Numbered from the stretch's first letter, positions 10,602 to 21,289 are shown. The stretch is DNA of 64,000 nucleotides from Nitrosopumilus sp. (GCA_965218695.1 OZ244651.1:1504001-1568000); one strand, 5' to 3'. The notes: generated by a model from the letters alone, not told the origin. Translations and numbers: made by a program.

Positions 10602-10985
10602 GTGAGAAAGTCAGTAGAGAACCTAGCAACCAGCAAGACCACGGGCGGCAGAAGGCATCCGCTCCGAATCAGGAGAAAGTACGAGATAGACAGGTATCCA
10701 AACGAGGCAGTCAACGGGGCTCAGGTAACGATAACGCGAAGGGTTCGCGGAAACAACAGAAAGACGGCCCTAAAGTCAATCGACTTTGTCAATCTGGCAA
10801 CAGGCGATGCCAAGGTGATAAAGACAAAGATTCTCAAGGTCCTGGACAATTCCACTAACAATGATTACAAGAGAAGGGGCATCATTACAAAGGGTGCCGT
10901 ATTAGAGACGCTGGAAGGCAGATGCAGGGTGGTCTCCAAGCCGGGCCAGAACGGCATGGTCAATGCGGTTTTGATGAAGGAATAA
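10602..10985 (+). CDS. rps8e: 30S ribosomal protein S8e
   Basis: RRVRGNN.K, RRGIITKGA, SKPGQNGMVNAVL. Confidence 0.96.
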   Translation: MRKSVENLATSKTTGGRRHPLRIRRKYEIDRYPNEAVNGAQVTITRRVRGNNRKTALKSIDFVNLATGDAKVIKTKILKVLDNSTNNDYKRRGIITKGAVLETLEGRCRVVSKPGQNGMVNAVLMKE

Positions 10986-10986
10986 G

Positions 10987-11289
10987 ATGAAGAGTTACGA
11001 GCACGTCGTAGTGTGGTTGGATTATTTTAACAAGAACTTCAAGAGATCAAGGGGGAGAAAGATGGGGCTGGACAAGTGCGTGTTTGATCCCTCGCTGAAG
11101 GAGCTGATGGATGCGGCAACATCTGCGGGGTTCGAGATAACAGAGCAAAACGAGAGGGCAAGGTTTCCCAGAAGGCCGTTTGTCAGATCAGGGTATGTGG
11201 TGGTGCCAAAGCAGTCTGCTGCCAAGACAGTAATTCTTGACAAGATTGCAAAAAAAATGATCGCCAAAAGAGCCAAACGTTCAAAATAA
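10987..11289 (+). CDS. srp19: Signal recognition particle protein SRP19
   Basis: VWLDYFN....RSRGRK and FPRRP motifs; conserved position after rps8e. Confidence 0.9.
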   Translation: MKSYEHVVVWLDYFNKNFKRSRGRKMGLDKCVFDPSLKELMDAATSAGFEITEQNERARFPRRPFVRSGYVVVPKQSAAKTVILDKIAKKMIAKRAKRSK

Positions 11290-11362
11290 TTCAGATCTAG
11301 CTTTTTGCTAAAAAAAAGCTGATCGAGTCATCTGATAAGACAGTAGTGGTTAATCTCTTAAA

Positions 11363-11626
11363 TTGCAGGAGATAGGCGAGGTATTGCACTTGGCCGGAAG
11401 CGGCAGGGTGATCATCCAGCTCACAGAGAGGGTTTCTGAAGGACAGATACTCTGCGACAGGAACGGAACCAAGGTTGCAAAGGTAATGGAGATGATTGGT
11501 CCCGTGGACAAACCACTTGCATCTGCAACCCCGCTGACAAACAACATCAAAAAGTACAACGGCAGGAGCGTCTATGCACCAGCCATATCCCCTGACAATA
11601 CGCAAAACAGGAGAAAAAGAAGATGA
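11363..11626 (+). CDS. gar1: H/ACA RNP component Gar1/Naf1
   Basis: IGEVLH...KVAKV.EMIGPV.KP; conserved position upstream of tfb. Confidence 0.82.
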   Translation: MQEIGEVLHLAGSGRVIIQLTERVSEGQILCDRNGTKVAKVMEMIGPVDKPLASATPLTNNIKKYNGRSVYAPAISPDNTQNRRKRR

Positions 11627-12579
11627 ACATACTGGAAAAACAAAATTGTCCCGAATGCCAGTCGGCATTAGTTGACGACATGCAAAACGGCGAGATAATC
11701 TGTTCAGGTTGCGGCGTGGTAGTCGACGATCAGATTGCAGATTATGGGCCAGAGACAGTCAGTGCGAATCTGGAAGACAAGATGAGGCTTGCAAGGGCCA
11801 CAGGTCAGACAACGTACTCCCAGCACGATCTCGGGATATCAACTGCCATCTCGATCAGTCCAAAGGACTTTAGCGGCAAGTCAATCGACTACAAGGTCGC
11901 ATCCCAGATGCACACCCTTAGAAAATGGCAGCAGAGGGTAAGGGTATCGTCGCCCAGAGAGAGGAGGCTTGCAAACGTCCTGACCAAGATGAACGAGATC
12001 TGCGACAGCATCAACCTTCCAAAGAATGTGCTGGAGACGGCCTCGATGATCTACAGGAACATGGACGGGCGCATAGAGGTAAAGGGCAAGTCGATAATCA
12101 GCATCTCGGCTGCCACCATCTACATGGCATGCAAGCAGTGTGACGTGGTACGATCGCTTGAGGAGATCTGCAGAGGGATATGCACCCCAAAGGAGGTCAA
12201 ATCAAAGACAAAGCTTGCAGCAAGGTACTACAGGACCATGGTGATGGAGATGGGACAGGTGACGGCCCCGGTCGTATCCATGGACAAGTACATCTCAAAG
12301 ATAGCCAACATGACGCGAACCGAGGTAAGGGTTGTGAGGCTTGCGCTGGAGATCTCAGAGAAGGCCAGGAACAGCAGCATCACAGACGGAAAGGATCCAA
12401 ACGGAATCGCCGCAGCATATCTGTATGTGTCCTCAGTACTGCTTGGACAGAACATACTTCAAAAGGATGTCTCGACCATTGCAGGGGTTACAGAAGTCAC
12501 CATCAGGAACAGGTGCAAGGAGATTCTTACAAACCACAAATTCAGGATCTCCCTGAGGCCATCGCTGACAAAATGCTGA
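11623..12579 (+). CDS. tfb: Transcription initiation factor IIB
   Basis: CPEC...CSGCG Zn ribbon, two cyclin repeats, GVTEVTIRNR. Confidence 0.96.
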   Translation: MNILEKQNCPECQSALVDDMQNGEIICSGCGVVVDDQIADYGPETVSANLEDKMRLARATGQTTYSQHDLGISTAISISPKDFSGKSIDYKVASQMHTLRKWQQRVRVSSPRERRLANVLTKMNEICDSINLPKNVLETASMIYRNMDGRIEVKGKSIISISAATIYMACKQCDVVRSLEEICRGICTPKEVKSKTKLAARYYRTMVMEMGQVTAPVVSMDKYISKIANMTRTEVRVVRLALEISEKARNSSITDGKDPNGIAAAYLYVSSVLLGQNILQKDVSTIAGVTEVTIRNRCKEILTNHKFRISLRPSLTKC

Positions 12580-12670
12580 CACTCACTCGCTCACCCACCA
12601 CCCCCTTTTTTCTCGTTAGGATCAGCTAAATTTCGTCTGTATTATATATAGATGCAAAACAACGCCGGAT

Positions 12671-13441
12671 ATGGCCGTTTTAGAGATAAGAGATCTTCAT
12701 GTAAAGAGGGACGGAAAGGAGATTCTGAAGGGAGTCAACCTGAAGACACGTCCCGGAGAGGTACATGCCATAATGGGGCCAAACGGCTCAGGAAAGAGCA
12801 CGCTGGCATACACGCTGCTTGCGCATCCAAAATACGAGGTCACCAAGGGCGACATTCTGCTGGACGGGCAGAGCATTCTGGATATGACGGCAGACAAGAG
12901 GGCCAAAAAGGGACTCTTTTTAGGATTCCAGTATCCGACAGAGGTCTCGGGGGTAGGGTTCTCACACTTTTTGAGAACCGCGTACAACTCACTGAGCAAG
13001 GCGCTGGAGGGCGACGACAGGGAGGTCTTCATAACAGTCAGGGAGTTTCAAAGATACCTCAAGGAAAACATGGAGAAGGTGGGACTAAATGAGGAGTTTC
13101 TCTCAAGGTATCTCAACGAGGGATTTTCAGGCGGCGAGAAGAAACGTGCAGAGGTCCTGCAGATGGCAGTCCTAAAGCCAAAGATATCCCTGCTTGACGA
13201 GCCTGACTCGGGTCTTGATATTGACGCAGTCCAGGCAGTGGCAAAGGCAATCAGCCAGGTGTCCGGAAAGGATGCAACGATCATAGTCATCACACACTAT
13301 GCCAGGATTCTAAAGTTTCTTGACAAGCTGGACTATGTGCACGTGTTTGCAAACGGGCAGGTGCTCAAGACAGGCGATGCTTCCCTTGCCGACAAGCTTG
13401 AGATGGACGGCTACGACTGGGTCATAGAGCAGGCAGCATGA
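12671..13441 (+). CDS. sufC: Fe-S cluster assembly ATPase SufC
   Basis: MGPNGSGKST, LNEGFSGGEKKR, LDEPDSGLDIDA, ITHY. Confidence 0.96.
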   Translation: MAVLEIRDLHVKRDGKEILKGVNLKTRPGEVHAIMGPNGSGKSTLAYTLLAHPKYEVTKGDILLDGQSILDMTADKRAKKGLFLGFQYPTEVSGVGFSHFLRTAYNSLSKALEGDDREVFITVREFQRYLKENMEKVGLNEEFLSRYLNEGFSGGEKKRAEVLQMAVLKPKISLLDEPDSGLDIDAVQAVAKAISQVSGKDATIIVITHYARILKFLDKLDYVHVFANGQVLKTGDASLADKLEMDGYDWVIEQAA

Positions 13442-13496
13442 GTAAACCTGCAGAGCCGGTTTTTGTTTAAATAGGGTCATTTAATCTGGTGAGTAC

Positions 13497-14168
13497 ATGT
13501 CAGGCCAAAGACAGTTCTATTTCAGCTTCTCATTCTTCAAGATCGACCCCAAGTGGAGGTGGATGGCGGACCTTGCCAAGGAGGAGTCTGCAAAGGAGGT
13601 ACAAGCCGTCCTGAGGAACTCCGGCATAAGATACAGGACGTACTCGAACCTGGGACTGAGGGACGATGTGGACATCCTGTTCTGGTTCATGGCAGAGTCA
13701 GTTGCAGAGATTCAGTCTGCCGTAGAGAGGCTGTACAAGACGGTGTTTGGAAAGTACATCATCCCGTCAAGAACGTACCTGTCATGTACCAGGCCTTCGA
13801 TCTACGCAAGCAGCGAGGCGGCGCACGGCTTTGTCGCGGGGGAAGAGGCAAGGAGCCACGTCATAGTGTACCCGTTTACCAAGACTAGGGAGTGGTACCT
13901 GCTGCCGCAGCAGAAGAGGCAGGAGATCATGGACGAGCACATCGCAGTGAGCAGAAGGTACCCGCAGGTGGTGCTGAACACGACGTACTCCTTTGGAATC
14001 CACGACGAGGACTTTATGCTGGCATTTGAGATGGACAACATCAGGGACTTTCAGGACTTGATCATGGAGCTGAGGGAGACGCAGGTCTCAAGGTACGTCC
14101 AAAACGACATCCCCATGATCGTGTGTGTCAAAAAGGAGATCGTGCCGCTGATCTCCAGTCTCGGATAG
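13497..14168 (+). CDS. Chlorite dismutase/coproheme decarboxylase-like heme-binding protein
   Basis: VYPF.KTREWYLL...RQEIM.EH and YSFGI.DEDF motifs. Confidence 0.85.
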   Translation: MSGQRQFYFSFSFFKIDPKWRWMADLAKEESAKEVQAVLRNSGIRYRTYSNLGLRDDVDILFWFMAESVAEIQSAVERLYKTVFGKYIIPSRTYLSCTRPSIYASSEAAHGFVAGEEARSHVIVYPFTKTREWYLLPQQKRQEIMDEHIAVSRRYPQVVLNTTYSFGIHDEDFMLAFEMDNIRDFQDLIMELRETQVSRYVQNDIPMIVCVKKEIVPLISSLG

Positions 14169-14352
14169 GGCCGGAACAGATTCTGGGGCCAGACGGACAT
14201 GGCGTTGCAGTCCATCCCCGTCATGCGGATCAGGTACTCCGGATTCACGCACGGATCCCCAGGCAGGAAGAATTCCGGATAGACATAAATGAAGAGATCA
14301 ACGGTTCAAATGCAGCTTTGGCAGACATGATGCTATCAGGAGAGAGCGCGGC

Positions 14353-15351
14353 ATGAGGTACAACAGGCTCGGCAGGACCGATATCCGCGTATCGGAGGTA
14401 GGATTTGGCGCATGGGCCATTGCCCTTGACTGGTGGGGCAAAAAGATAGAAGAAGACGAGGCAGAAAGAATGCTCAAAAAGGCGTACGACGTCGGAATCA
14501 ACCTCTTTGAGACAGGGGACATGTATGGGAGCGGAAAGAGCGAGAGGATAATCGGCCGGGTCTTCAAGGACATGAGGGACGAGGTCGTGATATCTACAAA
14601 GTATGGCTACGACTTTGAGGGCGTAAAGCAGATAGGGCACAGCGAGCTTCCCCAAAAGTTTGACGAGGAATTTACCAGGAGGGCGCTGAGGGGCAGCCTC
14701 GAGAGGCTGCAGACGGATCATCTTGACATGTACGGGCTGCACAATCCAAAGATGAACCACATAAGGGACGATTCCATATTCGACGTGCTTGACGGTCTTG
14801 TTGCAGACGGAACCATCGGGACGTATCAGGCGGCCCTTGGCCCTGCAATCGGCTGGACGCAGGAGGGCATGGAGGCGATGGACAGGCCAAACCTCGGCGC
14901 GGTTCAGACAGTCTACAACATTCTTGAGCAGACGCCGGGAAACGAGCTGATGGAAAAGGCCGCAGAGAAGGATATCGGGATTCTGGTCAGGGTTCCGGAG
15001 GCATCGGGAATACTTACCGGCAAGGTAAATGCAGATACAAAGATTGACGAAAAGGATCACAGGTCAGTCAGGAAGGGGGAGTGGATCAAGGCATCGCTGG
15101 AGAAGGTTGAGCAGATCAGGCCGATTGCCAGAAGGAACGGACTGAGCGTAATGGAGCTTGCAATCAAGTTCATCATGACAAAGAAGGGATTCACGTCGGT
15201 GTTTCCAACCATGGTGAGCGAGGAGGAGGTCACCACATATGCGGCAATGGCAGACGGTCTGTACATACCGGAGCAGGACATGGCAGAGATTGACAGGATT
15301 TACAACACGTGGCCCCCGTACGATCTAAAGGCGACGCAGGCAGCAGTCTGA
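14353..15351 (+). CDS. Aldo/keto reductase
   Basis: LGRTDIRVSEVGFG, ETGDMYG.G.SE, SLERLQTD..D.Y.LH. Confidence 0.92.
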   Translation: MRYNRLGRTDIRVSEVGFGAWAIALDWWGKKIEEDEAERMLKKAYDVGINLFETGDMYGSGKSERIIGRVFKDMRDEVVISTKYGYDFEGVKQIGHSELPQKFDEEFTRRALRGSLERLQTDHLDMYGLHNPKMNHIRDDSIFDVLDGLVADGTIGTYQAALGPAIGWTQEGMEAMDRPNLGAVQTVYNILEQTPGNELMEKAAEKDIGILVRVPEASGILTGKVNADTKIDEKDHRSVRKGEWIKASLEKVEQIRPIARRNGLSVMELAIKFIMTKKGFTSVFPTMVSEEEVTTYAAMADGLYIPEQDMAEIDRIYNTWPPYDLKATQAAV

Positions 15352-15441
15352 GTGGCAGGCTGCAAAGTGCCATGTGAATTATGCAGGGAGACAGCATTTG
15401 GACGGTAGCGGTGCCTGCGTCCGTGCTCAGTCAGATGGCAT

Positions 15442-16497
15442 CTATTGGGAGATGATGCCTGCAGGCTGCTGCTGCTGCTGCTGCTGCTGCGGCTCCAGAC
15501 AGAAGGACTCCTCAACAAAGTATTCAACGCGCGTCTTTTTGAATTCGCGCGAGCTGAACAGAATTCGGTAGTCATCCACGTGAATCTGCTTCTGGATCGT
15601 CCTTGCCATCTCGTTTGCCTCTTCATGAGTCTTGCAGTGGATCATTGAAAACACGTTGTATGGCCAGTCGGGATACGTGGGCCTCTGGTAGCAGTGGCTG
15701 ACCTGTGGAAATGCGCCAAGGTTCTCGCCCACGTCAGATATGCGGGATTCTGGAACCTTCCAGACTATCATCCCGTTTGCGGTAAATCCGATCTGCCTGT
15801 GCCTGAGGATTGCGGCAAACCTGCGCATGACGCCTATGCCCTCATAGTATCGCATTCTCTCGAACAGCTCATCCTCGGTGATCCCAAGGATCTCAGCAGA
15901 CTTTACAAACGGCTCGTCAATTATATCCATGTCATTTTGCATCTCGCGCACAAAATTCTTGTCCTCCTCGGTGGGCTCAAACGGTACGTCCCTTACCTCC
16001 TTTTTGCCTTCGCTGGGGGCCACCTTGTGTTTCTTTTCATCGACCATGTCCAGCTTGACTCCAATCTTGAACAGCTTCAGCGTCGGAAGCATTCTTACCT
16101 TTTTTATCCCCTCCAGTACGCTGAATTTTTCAACCTCGGACTTTAGGTCAGAGCCCGGAGGGACTGCAAGCGTAAACCACAGGTTGAACTGATGGTCCCG
16201 CTCATAGTTGTGGCTCACGCCAGGATGCGTGTTGATCATGGACGCGACATGCTCCAGCCGGTCAGGATCGATCTCCATTGCGACTAGCGAACTGGTGTAT
16301 CCCAGCTTCCTTGTGTCAAAGATGGCACTAAGCTGGCGCAGTACGCCGGCCTGCTTGAGACGTATGAGCCGCTCCTTAACGTTTTTGGGGGTCGTGTCAA
16401 ACTTGCGGGCAATTGCATCAAACGGCCTGGTAACAAGGGGGAATGTCCATTGAATCTCGTTGAGCAGTTCCCGGTCAAGGTCGTCCATGGATGTCAT
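15442..16497 (-). CDS. ahbAB: Siroheme decarboxylase (fused AhbA/AhbB, Lrp/AsnC-like) with C-terminal poly-Gln
   Basis: Two Lrp-like halves with PGVSHNYER and VSHCYQRP..PDWPYNVFSMIH; divergent from sirC-hemA-hemB. Confidence 0.82.
   Translation of the reverse strand: MTSMDDLDRELLNEIQWTFPLVTRPFDAIARKFDTTPKNVKERLIRLKQAGVLRQLSAIFDTRKLGYTSSLVAMEIDPDRLEHVASMINTHPGVSHNYERDHQFNLWFTLAVPPGSDLKSEVEKFSVLEGIKKVRMLPTLKLFKIGVKLDMVDEKKHKVAPSEGKKEVRDVPFEPTEEDKNFVREMQNDMDIIDEPFVKSAEILGITEDELFERMRYYEGIGVMRRFAAILRHRQIGFTANGMIVWKVPESRISDVGENLGAFPQVSHCYQRPTYPDWPYNVFSMIHCKTHEEANEMARTIQKQIHVDDYRILFSSREFKKTRVEYFVEESFCLEPQQQQQQQQPAGIISQ
15466..15489. repeat. (CTG)8 trinucleotide repeat encoding Q8 in ahbAB
   Basis: Read directly from the sequence. 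Confidence 0.95.
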
Positions 16498-16619
16498 CAA
16501 GTCAGTGACATGGATGTTCAATTAAAAATGTAGCTGGGGCCTGGAAACCGTTTTTTGTGCGCCACGCCGGAGCGTGCGCCGGTCCAATGTATAAATAGAA
16601 ATCCAAGCCTTGTTGATCG

Positions 16620-17282
16620 ATGATAGTGGATCTTGATCTGCGCGGCAGAACGGTCCTTGTAGTCGGCGGCGGAAGGCAGGCGCAGAAGAGGCTTGGGCAT
16701 CTTCTTGGCGAGGAATGCAACATCATACTGGTCAGCGCGGATGTCACCTCCCAGATAGGCAGGTGGGGGGAGTCAAAAGAGATCACGATCAAAAAACAGC
16801 AGATCACGGATACAGGGTTCATCTCAGATATAAGGCCGGACGTCATAATCACTACCACGGACAGCACGGAGACAAACCAGATGATCATCAGATATGCCAA
16901 AAGGAACGGGATCACCGCATACAGTTCCGACAATCCAGAGGAGAGCGACTTTGCAAATCCGGCCATAATCGACTTTGAGGGGGCAGTCCAGGTCGCCATA
17001 TTCACAGGAGGCCAGAGTCCGGCAATGTCAAAGAGGATCAGGGAAAGGCTCGAGGGGGCACTCGGGGGAATAATCAAAAAGGAGGATGTCGCGCAGATAA
17101 GGCTCCAAAAGACCATGAGGGCAATGGCCAAGGACGCAATACCTGACCAGGCCCGGAGAAGGGAGCGCCTGAAGGAGATCATGGACGATGATGCCATTGG
17201 GCAGTTGATAAAAGACGGCCGAATCAAGAGGGCCGAAGAGAGGGCAGCAGCGATGCTCGGGGGCGGGGGCGGCCTGAAATGA
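16620..17282 (+). CDS. sirC: Precorrin-2 dehydrogenase / sirohydrochlorin ferrochelatase (SirC/CysG-N)
   Basis: VLVVGGG, DF.NPA, AIFTGG.SPAM motifs; heme operon context. Confidence 0.9.
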   Translation: MIVDLDLRGRTVLVVGGGRQAQKRLGHLLGEECNIILVSADVTSQIGRWGESKEITIKKQQITDTGFISDIRPDVIITTTDSTETNQMIIRYAKRNGITAYSSDNPEESDFANPAIIDFEGAVQVAIFTGGQSPAMSKRIRERLEGALGGIIKKEDVAQIRLQKTMRAMAKDAIPDQARRRERLKEIMDDDAIGQLIKDGRIKRAEERAAAMLGGGGGLK

Positions 17283-18547
17283 GCCAAAACATAATCAATG
17301 CACGGGTAACCTTTCACAACTCCCCAATCCACATTCTTGAGCAGTTTACAATCACCGACATTGAAGATGCGTATAAGCAGTTCAGGGCACGCTCGGGACT
17401 AGAAGAGTGCGTAATCATTCAGACATGCAACAGGATAGAGCTGTTTGCAAAGTCAGGATCATGCGATCCTGAGGCCATCAAGAACACGTGGGCCACGCTT
17501 GCAGGACTGGAAAGGGAGATCTTCGAGAAGAACATGGAGTGTGTTGAGAATCAGGAGGCCATCCACCACCTGCTAAAGCTGACATCCGGACTCGACTCCA
17601 TGGTGCTAGGCGAGGAGCAGATACTGGGACAGGTAAAGAATGCAATCACCACTGCAAGAGAGATGAGGGCATCGGGCCAGCACCTCAACACCCTGTTTGA
17701 CAAGGCAATCAGAATCGGCACCAGGATCAGAAACTCCAGCGGAATCGGAAAGGGCGGCATCTCGGTGGGCTCCATGGCAGTAAGGCTTGCAGAGGAGAAC
17801 ATTGACGAGATGAAGACCAAGAGGATCCTGCTCATAGGGACAGGCGAGGTGTCCACGCTTGTCGCAAAGTCGCTGAACAGGCGCGGGTACGCCTTTGACG
17901 TCACAAGCAGGACCGTCAAGAGATCCGAGACATTCTGCAAGACGATGGGCGGGGCGCCTGCAAGGTTCGAGGACGTGCTCTCGGGATTTGACAAGTATGA
18001 CGTGCTGTTTGTTGCAACAACTGCACCGTACCTTCTGGTGACGCACCAGAGAATCGCACAGGCAATGGCAGATGGCAACGGGGGAATGATGATCCTGGAC
18101 CTGTCAAACCCCAGGACAGTCGACGAGAAGGTGGCCACCATACGGGGCGTGAAACTTATGAACCTGGATCAGATTGCAGAGATGATCGAAAAGAACCTAA
18201 ATGCAAGGACGAACAAGGCAAAGGCAGTCGAGGACATAATCAGCGGCGAGGTGCCCGTGCTGGAGGCCAGCATGAAGCGGCTGGAGGCAGAGCCACTGGT
18301 AAAGGACGTCTTCAAGAGCATAGACGGGCTGAGGGAGAAGGAGCTCCAAAAGGCACTCCAGATCCTCAATGAGAAGGACGAGGACAAGATAAGAATAATC
18401 GATGACCTCACGAGATCCATAGTGGAAAGCATAGTCTCTACCCCGATGAACAACATCAGAAGGGCCTCAGAGCAGGGCAGGTTAGAGATGGTAAGGGTGG
18501 CAGGCAGGCTGTTTGATTACAAGACCGGAGAACAGCAGTCCGATTAG
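17279..18547 (+). CDS. hemA: Glutamyl-tRNA reductase
   Basis: QTCNRIE, SGLDSMVLGEEQILGQVK, DLSNPR. Confidence 0.97.
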   Translation: MSQNIINARVTFHNSPIHILEQFTITDIEDAYKQFRARSGLEECVIIQTCNRIELFAKSGSCDPEAIKNTWATLAGLEREIFEKNMECVENQEAIHHLLKLTSGLDSMVLGEEQILGQVKNAITTAREMRASGQHLNTLFDKAIRIGTRIRNSSGIGKGGISVGSMAVRLAEENIDEMKTKRILLIGTGEVSTLVAKSLNRRGYAFDVTSRTVKRSETFCKTMGGAPARFEDVLSGFDKYDVLFVATTAPYLLVTHQRIAQAMADGNGGMMILDLSNPRTVDEKVATIRGVKLMNLDQIAEMIEKNLNARTNKAKAVEDIISGEVPVLEASMKRLEAEPLVKDVFKSIDGLREKELQKALQILNEKDEDKIRIIDDLTRSIVESIVSTPMNNIRRASEQGRLEMVRVAGRLFDYKTGEQQSD

Positions 18548-18578
18548 GATTTATATCTTGGCGAAGGGTGATTCCGGC

Positions 18579-19559
18579 ATGTCATTTCCCGTCAGACGCC
18601 TCCGCCGGCTGCGTACATCCGAAAGGATGAGGGAGCTGGTTCGACAGACCACACTCTCTCCGAGGAACCTGATCTGTCCTGTATTTGTTCAGGAGGATCT
18701 AAAGGCCAGAACCAGCATAAAGTCCATGCCGGACATGCAGAGGCTTCCCCTAGACGAGGTAAGCGACGAGGTTGGCATCATCAGGGATCTGGGAATTCCC
18801 GCAATCATGCTCTTCGGGGTGCCGAAACAAAAAGACGGTGCAGGTTCGTCTGCCTTTGACGATGACGGGATCGTCCAAAGGGCGATATCCCGGATCAGGG
18901 AGAACTTTGGAGATAAAATGGTCATAATGACAGACGTATGCCTCTGCCAGTTTACATCCACAGGACACTGCGGGATAATACGGGAAAACAAGATAGACAA
19001 CGATTCAAGCATCGATACCCTTGCAAGAATAGCCGTCAGCCATGGCACGGCAGGGGCAGATACGGTCTCGCCTTCTGCCATGATGGACGGGCAGGTTGCC
19101 GCAATAAGAGCGGCCCTTGAGGACGTGGGACTCAGGAATGTCTCAATAATGTCACATGCAGCCAAGCACCGTTCAAACTTTTATTCGCCGTTCAGAGAGG
19201 CTGCAGAATGCGCGCCAAAATTCGGGGACAGGAGAACGTACCAGGTGCCATACACCAACGCCAGGGAGGCAATGATGGAGGTTGAATCAGACATAGACGA
19301 GGGGGCAGACATTGTAATGATAAAACCGGCGATGGCCTATCTGGATCTGATTGCAGAGACTAGAAGAAGGTTTGATGTTCCGGTATCGGCATACAGCGTC
19401 TCAGGCGAGTATGCGATGGTCAAGGCCGCATCACACATGGGATACATGGATGAGAAGAGCATTACAGAGGAGATCCTGTACTCGATAAGAAGGGCGGGTG
19501 CAGACATGATAGTAACATACTTTGCAAAGTCGGCTGCATCATTCCTTCAGGAATCATGA
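18579..19559 (+). CDS. hemB: Porphobilinogen synthase
   Basis: DVCLCQFTSTGHCG, SAMMDGQV, MIKPA, YSVSGEYAM; start adjusted to MSFP. Confidence 0.97.
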   Translation: MSFPVRRLRRLRTSERMRELVRQTTLSPRNLICPVFVQEDLKARTSIKSMPDMQRLPLDEVSDEVGIIRDLGIPAIMLFGVPKQKDGAGSSAFDDDGIVQRAISRIRENFGDKMVIMTDVCLCQFTSTGHCGIIRENKIDNDSSIDTLARIAVSHGTAGADTVSPSAMMDGQVAAIRAALEDVGLRNVSIMSHAAKHRSNFYSPFREAAECAPKFGDRRTYQVPYTNAREAMMEVESDIDEGADIVMIKPAMAYLDLIAETRRRFDVPVSAYSVSGEYAMVKAASHMGYMDEKSITEEILYSIRRAGADMIVTYFAKSAASFLQES

Positions 19560-19870
19560 GAAACGACGAACGCTTTGAGATAGAACGGGCCTTTGACATC
19601 CTGCCGCACGCGGTAGGCTCAAGCTGGGCTGTAATATGGTTCAGAATGAAGGGGATCAAAAGGCCCACAAGGGAGGAGTACAGGGAGAGAACCGTCGGTT
19701 ATTTAAAAAAAATGGAGCCTGTCTTTGAGGCATACCCAGATGATGAGAAGGGGTTTGGCGACATACTCAGGTACATCAGGTTCAGAAAGAAGGCAGAATA
19801 CGACAAAATAATGGAGGGCAAAAACAAGGAGGTTGAAAAGAGATACGACAGGTATGTCGACTATGGGTGA
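19556..19870 (+). CDS. Hypothetical protein
   Basis: ATGA overlap with the hemB stop; plausible composition. Confidence 0.7.
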   Translation: MRNDERFEIERAFDILPHAVGSSWAVIWFRMKGIKRPTREEYRERTVGYLKKMEPVFEAYPDDEKGFGDILRYIRFRKKAEYDKIMEGKNKEVEKRYDRYVDYG

Positions 19871-20490
19871 ATCTCCCCATCCAGATGTCCAAGATACTCC
19901 CGGAGCAGCCTGGTTCTCTTTTGGGCCTCTGTTCGGCCGGACTCGGTGTTCATCATGGACTCCAGTTTGAGCAGTTTTTGAAAAAAGTGATCAACTGTCC
20001 ATGCCGCATCATCCGGGGAGCGCTCCCTGCAGAAGGGATCGTCAGGATTATACAGTGTTCTTCCAAGCGCGCCCCCGGTGGAGAAGACCCTGGCAATTCC
20101 GATGGCCCCGAGCGCGTCCAGTCTGTCTGCATCCTGGAGTATCATTGCCTCAGGGGTCCGGGGGGACGCACCCCGCGAAAAGCTGTGATCATGGACTGCC
20201 TCTGAGACTGCCTTGGCATCATCAACAGAAAAGCCGTGTCGCAGCAGCAGCGCCGCAGACACCCGGGCGCTCTCCAGTGAGGAGGACTCTGAACGCCTGT
20301 CAGACTTGGGGTACGAGACCACGTCGTGCAACAGCGCAGCACACAGCACCAACCGGTCATCGGCACCCTCCATCCTGCAGATCATGCGGGCATTCCTGCA
20401 GACCCTCATGACATGCTCAAAATCGTGTGCCGGATCATGCCCGGCCATCATCCCCCTTACCTCGTCGATCATCTTCCCGGGAATACGCAT
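19861..20490 (-). CDS. HD-domain phosphohydrolase
   Basis: HDFEHVMRV, ALLHD, QDADRLDALGAIGIAR. Confidence 0.92.
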   Translation of the reverse strand: MRIPGKMIDEVRGMMAGHDPAHDFEHVMRVCRNARMICRMEGADDRLVLCAALLHDVVSYPKSDRRSESSSLESARVSAALLLRHGFSVDDAKAVSEAVHDHSFSRGASPRTPEAMILQDADRLDALGAIGIARVFSTGGALGRTLYNPDDPFCRERSPDDAAWTVDHFFQKLLKLESMMNTESGRTEAQKRTRLLREYLGHLDGEIHP

Positions 20491-21111
20491 TTAGAACCTC
20501 CAGATTCGGGGCTTGACAAATTTTAGTCGCCTCTGGGTCAGCAGGACGGTCCAGTTTATCGAGGCAAACAGTACGATCATGCAGACTCCGACCCCGTCGA
20601 TCAGCAGTATTCCGACAAGCCTGTCCTCAAATATCTCCAGAAACGGTTTCAGGACGGCGTTTCCAAAGTATATCATTACGATGTAGGACAGCGTGCGTCC
20701 AAACCAGAACCCTATGTATATCCCCACGTTCCGTGCGCGCATCAGGCCGTATGTAATGAACAGCATGTTGCTTGGGAGCGGGGTTGCGCCAAACAGAAAG
20801 GATGCAGTCAGGTAGCCGAACCTTTTCGATTTGAGGGCCCCTCCGATGACATCAAGGTTGGTCCTTTGTTCCCGGCCTACGAACCTTCTGAAGAGACCGC
20901 TGAGCCTCATCAGGGCCAGCCGGCCTATCGTGGCACCTGTCGCACCCACCATGGCAAGAACCACAACATTCAGACTCGGGTCAAGAAGGTAAAAGGACGT
21001 CAGCACTATCCAGGTGGGAGGCATCAGAATTGGCGAGACGTTGACTCCGATCAGGACCAGAAATATGCCAAGATATGAAAATTCCCCAAAGAACTCAAAG
21101 ATGTCAGTCAT
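20491..21111 (-). CDS. DedA/VTT-like membrane protein
   Basis: Several hydrophobic segments; GATGATIG and ATPLPS motifs. Confidence 0.7.
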   Translation of the reverse strand: MTDIFEFFGEFSYLGIFLVLIGVNVSPILMPPTWIVLTSFYLLDPSLNVVVLAMVGATGATIGRLALMRLSGLFRRFVGREQRTNLDVIGGALKSKRFGYLTASFLFGATPLPSNMLFITYGLMRARNVGIYIGFWFGRTLSYIVMIYFGNAVLKPFLEIFEDRLVGILLIDGVGVCMIVLFASINWTVLLTQRRLKFVKPRIWRF

Positions 21112-21289
21112 CTGTTTTTATGTGTGACTTTTTGTTTCTAAACCCTTGGTTTGCATCCAATATGAAAAACCCATTATACTGCCTAAAAACTAGAAAAATT
21201 GCATTTTACGATCGGCGACGGATCGCGTATTGGCGCAAATGGATCAATTGTACATCAGATTTATAAGAACTCACATGTATTTCCAAAAC

